The notes beneath the pieces are model-generated. The model had not been told where the DNA came from. It did no database searches and worked only from the letters and a program-made list of their open reading frames with translations. Shown here piece by piece: positions 37,694 to 42,222 of a stretch of 42,222 nt of DNA (the stretch's first letter is position 1; each line of letters opens with the position of its first letter). This stretch comes from an uncultured Piscirickettsiaceae bacterium (GTDB lineage: Bacteria; Pseudomonadota; Gammaproteobacteria; PS1; Pseudothioglobaceae), in assembly GCA_964566765.1 (NCBI GenBank), contig CAZMJI010000002.1, forward strand, positions 1-42,222. Reading direction: 5' to 3'. A program made the position numbers and the translations under genes.

Positions 37694-38962
37694 ATGGAAA
37701 TTATTGCAAATTACGGCACGGTATTATTAGTGCTAGCGGTTGTATTCGGCTTATTTATGGCTTGGGGTGTGGGTGCCAATGATGTGGCCAACGCCATGGG
37801 AACGTCGGTAGGTTCTGGTGCGATCACCATTAAACAAGCGATTATGATTGCGGTTGTGTTTGAGTTTGCCGGCGCGGTTTTGGCCGGTGGTGAAGTAACT
37901 GCAACCATTCGTAAAGGTATTTTAGATGCGGCGCTGTTTACCAATGAGCCGCACTTGCTGGTCTACGGCATGCTGGCCTCCCTATTGGCTGCTGGCGTTT
38001 GGCTATTGATCGCCTCATCGCTGGGCTGGCCAGTGTCAACCACGCACTCAATTGTGGGCGCGATTGTTGGTTTTGGTGCGGTCGGTGTTGGTGTTGATGC
38101 GGTTGCTTGGGGTAAAGTAGGCAAGATTGCCGCAAGTTGGGTGGTCTCTCCAGTGCTGGCAGGCAGTATCGCCTTTGTACTATTCAAGAGTCTGCAAAGT
38201 TTGATTATTGATACCGATAATCCGTTCGAGAACGCCAAGAAATACGTACCTTTCTACATGTTCTTAGTGGGCTTTGTGATCTCACTAGTGACGATTTTCA
38301 AAGGTTTGAAACACGTTGGTCTAAGTTTTGATACCGGCACCAGTTACTCTTTGGCGATTGGTTTTGGACTACTGGTGGCCATTGCAGGTGCGATGGTGAT
38401 TCGCCGCATCCACATCGATCCAAATGAGAATAAAGACTTCCACTTTACCTCAATGGAAAGAGTGTTCGGTGTGCTGATGGTTGTGACTGCAGCTGCCATG
38501 GCATTTGCGCACGGTTCAAACGATGTGGCCAATGCGATTGGTCCATTGGCTGCCATCTACGGTGTGATTGAAAGTGGCGGTATGATCGGCTCTAAGAGCG
38601 CCCTACCAGTAGGCATCCTACTGGTAGGTGGTGGCGGTATCGTGTTGGGTTTGATTACCTATGGGCACAAGGTAATTGCCACGGTAGGTACCGGTATTAC
38701 TCAGCTAACCCCATCACGTGGTTTTGCGGCAACGCTGGCCGCAGCAGCGACAGTTGTGGTGGCCTCAGGTACCGGTCTGCCGGTATCAACCACGCAAGTA
38801 TTGGTGGGTGCGGTATTGGGTGTTGGTATTGCTAGAGGTATGGCCGCACTAGATACACGAGTAATTAACAAGATCTTCCTATCATGGTTAATTACCCTGC
38901 CAGCGGGTGCGCTAATGTCAATTTTATTCTTCTTCGCCTTTAAGGGTGCATTTGGTGCATAA
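37694..38962 (+). CDS. Inorganic phosphate transporter, PiT family
   Basis: The signature is duplicated: GANDVANAMGTSVG at the N-terminus and GSNDVANAIGPLA in the C-terminal half. The protein is a 422-aa polytopic membrane protein. Confidence 0.9.
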   Translation: MEIIANYGTVLLVLAVVFGLFMAWGVGANDVANAMGTSVGSGAITIKQAIMIAVVFEFAGAVLAGGEVTATIRKGILDAALFTNEPHLLVYGMLASLLAAGVWLLIASSLGWPVSTTHSIVGAIVGFGAVGVGVDAVAWGKVGKIAASWVVSPVLAGSIAFVLFKSLQSLIIDTDNPFENAKKYVPFYMFLVGFVISLVTIFKGLKHVGLSFDTGTSYSLAIGFGLLVAIAGAMVIRRIHIDPNENKDFHFTSMERVFGVLMVVTAAAMAFAHGSNDVANAIGPLAAIYGVIESGGMIGSKSALPVGILLVGGGGIVLGLITYGHKVIATVGTGITQLTPSRGFAATLAAAATVVVASGTGLPVSTTQVLVGAVLGVGIARGMAALDTRVINKIFLSWLITLPAGALMSILFFFAFKGAFGA

Positions 38963-38971
38963 TTATTAGTG

Positions 38972-39202
38972 ATGACATTAGACGAGATTCAAGCTAAGAT
39001 TGAAGCGCATATTCCGGGCGCTGTGGTAACCATGGAGGGTGACGGCTGTAGCTGTTCAACCAAGGTGGTTTCCAGCGAATTTGAGGGTATGTCGCTATTG
39101 GCACGCCAGAAGTTGGTACTGGCCAGTGTGCGTGCAGAGATCGACTCAGGTGCGCTGCATGCGCTAAGCATTAAGGCTAGAACGCCGGCAGAAGAGGCTT
39201 AA
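38972..39202 (+). CDS. ibaG: BolA-family protein IbaG (YrbA-like)
   Basis: The 76-aa protein has V..EGDG....V.V.S.EF.GMS...RQ and HALSIKA.TP.E, which resemble E. coli IbaG. Confidence 0.75.
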   Translation: MTLDEIQAKIEAHIPGAVVTMEGDGCSCSTKVVSSEFEGMSLLARQKLVLASVRAEIDSGALHALSIKARTPAEEA

Positions 39203-39390
39203 TCGATCTTTCGATCTTTCAAGTCTTGCATAATGGCTTGACGCATCTCGGGCGAATAATTAATCCAGTTGCTGATCTCGTCACTATGGCGCTTACAACC
39301 AACGCAATAATTGTCTTTGTTGTATTTACAAATACCCACACAAGGGGTTTGTGATGTCTGTTGTGCTGACATGGTTGAAAGTTCGGTCAT
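39199..39390 (-). CDS. DUF1289 (YdhL-like) cysteine-rich protein
   Basis: The CVGICKYNKDNYCVGCKRHSDEISNW motif matches the CxGxC...CxGC pattern of DUF1289. The true start may be the internal ATG at 39372. Confidence 0.7.
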   Translation of the reverse strand: MTELSTMSAQQTSQTPCVGICKYNKDNYCVGCKRHSDEISNWINYSPEMRQAIMQDLKDRKID

Positions 39391-39433
39391 ATTGCTGATA
39401 TTTTAGCAGTTGGCAATGTAGGATCTTAGACTT

Positions 39434-39508
39434 ATGTTTTTATTAGAATTGGCCTTTATTGTGGTGTTGGTAGGTGTGGTCATTTATCTACTCAAAGGCA
39501 AGATGTAG
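39434..39508 (+). CDS. Possible 24-aa hydrophobic sORF in the rhlE leader
   Basis: MFLLELAFIVVLVGVVIYLLKGKM is a single-helix peptide with only a weak AGGA 10 nt upstream. It could be chance. Confidence 0.2.
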   Translation: MFLLELAFIVVLVGVVIYLLKGKM

Positions 39509-39608
39509 CCCGTCTCTTATATTAATATTATCAAATCATGATATTCCACCGCCTGTGGTGGCCATTATCGGCGTAAAATAGCCACTTCTGTATTTTTTTG
39601 GACCTCCC

Positions 39609-40925
39609 ATGACGTTTTCCGACCTAGGTCTTTCTGCGCCTATTGTTCAGGCGGTAGAAGATAAGGGCTATCATCAACCTTCACCGATTCAAGCACAAGC
39701 CATTCCGGTGGTGTTAAAAGGCAAAGATCTGATGGCCGCTGCGCAAACTGGCACCGGCAAAACCGCCGGTTTTACTTTGCCAATCTTAGAGTTGCTATCG
39801 GCAGGTAAGTTGGCTAAAGCCAATCAGGCACGCGTGCTTATCCTGACGCCAACGCGAGAGTTGGCAGCCCAGGTGCATGATAATGTTGTGACTTATGGCA
39901 AGCAATTGCCATTGAGATCGAACGTGGTGTTTGGTGGGGTTAGTATCAACCCGCAAATGAAAAATCTGCGTGGTGGTAGCGATGTCTTGGTAGCCACACC
40001 AGGGCGCCTATTGGATCTCTATTCGCAAAATGCAGTGCGCTTTGATCAGTTGGAAATCTTAGTATTTGATGAAGCCGATCGAATGCTAGATATGGGCTTT
40101 ATTCATGATATTAAGCGAATTTTAAAGATTTTACCGGCAAATAGACAAACTTTAATGTTCTCAGCCACCTTCTCGGACGAGATTAGAGAGCTGGCCAAAA
40201 GCCTGGTGCAAGACCCAGTGGAGATCTCGGTAACACCACGCAACTCAACGGTCAAAACCGTCAAGCAATGGATTCATCCGGTAGACAAGTCTAAGAAGAA
40301 CGCGTTATTAACCCAGTTGGTTAGCGAAGGCCAGTGGCAACAGGTATTGGTCTTTAGTCGTACTAAGCATGGGGCGGATCGTATTGCCAAGGGTTTGAAT
40401 AAGCAAAAAATCAGTGCGACTGCGATTCACGGTAACAAATCCCAAGGTGCGCGTACGCGAGCCTTGGCCGACTTCAAATCTGGCAAAGCCCGAGTCTTGG
40501 TGGCCACCGATATTGCCGCTCGAGGGATTGACATTAGTGGTCTGCCGCATGTGGTGAATTTTGATCTGCCACAGGTAGCAGAGGATTATGTGCACCGTAT
40601 TGGCCGTACCGGTCGAGCCGGCGAGTCAGGCGAGGCTATCTCGCTGGTGAGTGCAGATGAGGCGAAGTTGTTGTTTGATATTGAGCGTCTGACTCAGCAA
40701 AAATTAGAACGCATTGTCGTCGATGGGTTCGATCCAGAGCACTGTGTGCCTGAGTCACCTAAAAAACTCTTGCCGCCTAAGAATAAAAAACCCAAAAAGC
40801 CGAAAAATCGTAATAAGCCACGTTACGGCAAGAATGCTAATTCTGCGGAAAACAAGGCCAAAAAAGCCAAAGGCTTTTGGGGTCGCAAACCAAAAAAGGC
40901 CAAAACTTCTCAGCCAAATAAATAA
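39609..40925 (+). CDS. rhlE: ATP-dependent DEAD-box RNA helicase RhlE
   Basis: The Q motif and [15 protein letters not shown] and [10 protein letters not shown] boxes are present, with a Lys/Pro-rich basic C-terminal tail. Confidence 0.9.
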   Translation: MTFSDLGLSAPIVQAVEDKGYHQPSPIQAQAIPVVLKGKDLMAAAQTGTGKTAGFTLPILELLSAGKLAKANQARVLILTPTRELAAQVHDNVVTYGKQLPLRSNVVFGGVSINPQMKNLRGGSDVLVATPGRLLDLYSQNAVRFDQLEILVFDEADRMLDMGFIHDIKRILKILPANRQTLMFSATFSDEIRELAKSLVQDPVEISVTPRNSTVKTVKQWIHPVDKSKKNALLTQLVSEGQWQQVLVFSRTKHGADRIAKGLNKQKISATAIHGNKSQGARTRALADFKSGKARVLVATDIAARGIDISGLPHVVNFDLPQVAEDYVHRIGRTGRAGESGEAISLVSADEAKLLFDIERLTQQKLERIVVDGFDPEHCVPESPKKLLPPKNKKPKKPKNRNKPRYGKNANSAENKAKKAKGFWGRKPKKAKTSQPNK

Positions 40926-40950
40926 AGCCGCGCTTGTTACAATTTGTTAC

Positions 40951-40979
40951 TTGCCATTTTGCCGCAAGGGCGTTATGAT
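40951..40979 (+). promoter_or_regulatory. Candidate sigma-70 promoter for the thioredoxin-like gene
   Basis: TTGCCA-N17-TATGAT lies 32 nt upstream of the ATG at 41012. Two TTGTTAC heptamers precede it. Confidence 0.35.
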
Positions 40980-41011
40980 CCTGTGTTCAATGAGGATTTA
41001 AGGGGAGTACC

Positions 41012-42016
41012 ATGAGACAAAAACTATTCACACTATTTTGGCTGGCCTTGGCTTACTCGAGCATGAGTGTCGCGGCCGAACCAGGCAAGGTCACCGGTGG
41101 CAAAATCTACAATATTCCGTCTTGGTTTACCGAGAGTTTTTTAGACATTGGTGAGGATGTTGAAGAAGCGGGTGATGAAGATAAAAAAGTCTTGCTGTTT
41201 TTCCATCTAGATGGCTGTCCATACTGCGACGCCATGCTAAAACAAAACTTCGCTGGCGGTGATAACAAAGGCTTTATTGAAGAAAACTTTTCAGTAATTG
41301 CGGTGAACATCAAAGGTGATCGTGAAATTACCATGCCAGATGGCGAGGGTATGAGCGAGAAAGATTTGGCCAAACTTCTGGGCGTCAAATACACCCCAAC
41401 GATTGTGTTCTTGGATAAGGGTGGCAAGCAGATCTTTAGAACCAATGGTTATCGTAATCCAACGCTATTTGGCCATACGGTTGAGTATGTTGCCAAGAAC
41501 CAGGTTGGTCAGCAAACACTAAACCAATTTATTGCCGCTAAGGCGCAGCCAAGTTATCAGTTTGTTGAGCATGATATGCTAACCAATACCACAGACCTAT
41601 CAGGCTTTAGCGATCCGGTGTTGATGCTATTTGAAGATAAGCGCTGCAGTGGTTGTACCGCGGTACATGAGAAGCTACTCAATCGCGACAATGTGCGCGA
41701 CGAGTTGGATAAATTCCTATTCGTGCGTTTTGATGCGGATTCGCAGGAGCCAATCACTTGGTTTGATGGCAGCAAAGTCACGCCAAAACAAGTGGCTGAG
41801 CAGCATGATCTAAGCTATCGACCAGGCTTCTTACTGTTTGATAAAGGTCAGAAAATTATCGAGATCGATAACCGCTTGTATAGCTTCCACTTTAATGCGG
41901 TGTTAAGTTTTGTGAGTGGTCGTAATTACCAGACGCATGATGATTTCAATGCCTATCGTAATGCCTTGCAGACCAGAATGCTAGAGCAAGGCATCGATGT
42001 CAATATGGTGGACTAA
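41012..42016 (+). CDS. Secreted protein with two tandem thioredoxin-like domains
   Basis: The signal peptide is MRQKLFTLFWLALAYSSMSVAA. The first domain has LLFFHLDGCPYCDAM and the second LMLFEDKRCSGCTAV. A GGGGAG Shine-Dalgarno precedes the start. Confidence 0.75.
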   Translation: MRQKLFTLFWLALAYSSMSVAAEPGKVTGGKIYNIPSWFTESFLDIGEDVEEAGDEDKKVLLFFHLDGCPYCDAMLKQNFAGGDNKGFIEENFSVIAVNIKGDREITMPDGEGMSEKDLAKLLGVKYTPTIVFLDKGGKQIFRTNGYRNPTLFGHTVEYVAKNQVGQQTLNQFIAAKAQPSYQFVEHDMLTNTTDLSGFSDPVLMLFEDKRCSGCTAVHEKLLNRDNVRDELDKFLFVRFDADSQEPITWFDGSKVTPKQVAEQHDLSYRPGFLLFDKGQKIIEIDNRLYSFHFNAVLSFVSGRNYQTHDDFNAYRNALQTRMLEQGIDVNMVD

Positions 42017-42046
42017 CCCAATACGACCACACTGAGATAATCTTCT

Positions 42047-42222
42047 ATGTCTATGCCTATTGTTGTCTCAGTGGTGGAGTCGATGCTATTTCCAGACTTC
42101 GAGGCTTTGTATCGTCAAAAAGGCCTGGAAGAGCATCGAGTCAATAGTATCCGCAAGGCGATTAACTTGGCCAAAAAGCATCAGCCTGCCTATATTGTGG
42201 TGGAATTCTTCTATGCTTATAG
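42047..42222 (+). CDS. Hypothetical protein, 5' fragment running off the window
   Basis: The frame is open from the ATG at 42047 to the window end (58 codons: MSMPIVVSVVESMLFPDFEALYRQKG...). No family recognised. Confidence 0.35.
   Translation, partial: MSMPIVVSVVESMLFPDFEALYRQKGLEEHRVNSIRKAINLAKKHQPAYIVVEFFYAY

Noticed and set aside
39203-39218. Tandem 8-mer tcgatctt repeated twice.
   Set aside because: There are only two copies, and they lie inside the DUF1289 coding sequence, where they encode KDRKID. It is too short to call a repeat element.
40714-41001. 95-aa plus-strand ORF overlapping the rhlE 3' end.
   Set aside because: It is an alternative frame of the Lys/Pro-rich rhlE tail and of the intergenic promoter region, with no independent support.
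1-42222. Scan for CRISPR arrays, IS elements or transposases, integrases, prophage genes, toxin-antitoxin pairs and defence systems.
   Set aside because: No spaced direct-repeat arrays, terminal inverted repeats, recombinase-like ORFs or compositionally foreign blocks were seen. All sizeable ORFs except one have housekeeping assignments.

Overview
This is a dense, roughly 90% coding, chromosomal housekeeping segment of a Gram-negative genome, most likely gammaproteobacterial. The gene content (phosphoglycolate phosphatase, beta-carbonic anhydrase, ccoS, rubredoxin, peroxiredoxin) hints at an aerobic or microaerobic autotroph of the Thiotrichales type. That taxonomic guess is inference only. 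I can support about 55 protein genes: cysS, leuB, nudE, aat, lysA, yhbY, lpxB, nadC, cysQ, rimK, rpoD, prs, ispE, orn, trpD, pepP, rsmE, proC, gph, bioA, priA, ybeY, tilS, accA, azlCD, arsC, a DUF47-PiT phosphate pair, ibaG, rhlE and others. There are also two tRNAs, Ile2-CAU and Gln-UUG, and a few intrinsic terminators. Four small genes fall below the ORF-track cutoff: ccoS, an LptM-like lipoprotein, and two hydrophobic sORFs. I see no mobile elements, CRISPR array, prophage, toxin-antitoxin pair or recognisable defence island. I did not find a convincing undescribed multi-gene system. The points most worth a second look are these. (1) A minimal arsenic module, a NIP-like aquaporin plus Trx-type ArsC, is translationally coupled to two exporters. 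(2) RimK carries a fused retropepsin-like (RimB-type) domain. (3) A 344-aa protein has no family I recognise. (4) An orphan ccoS is followed by a 56-nt T-free, A-rich leader in front of the DUF47-PiT operon. (5) A terminator sits 18 nt upstream of the rubredoxin-leuB-grx string. (6) The ispE coding region runs 21 nt into tRNA-Gln. (7) Convergent genes overlap or abut with no room for terminators at 6 of 8 junctions.
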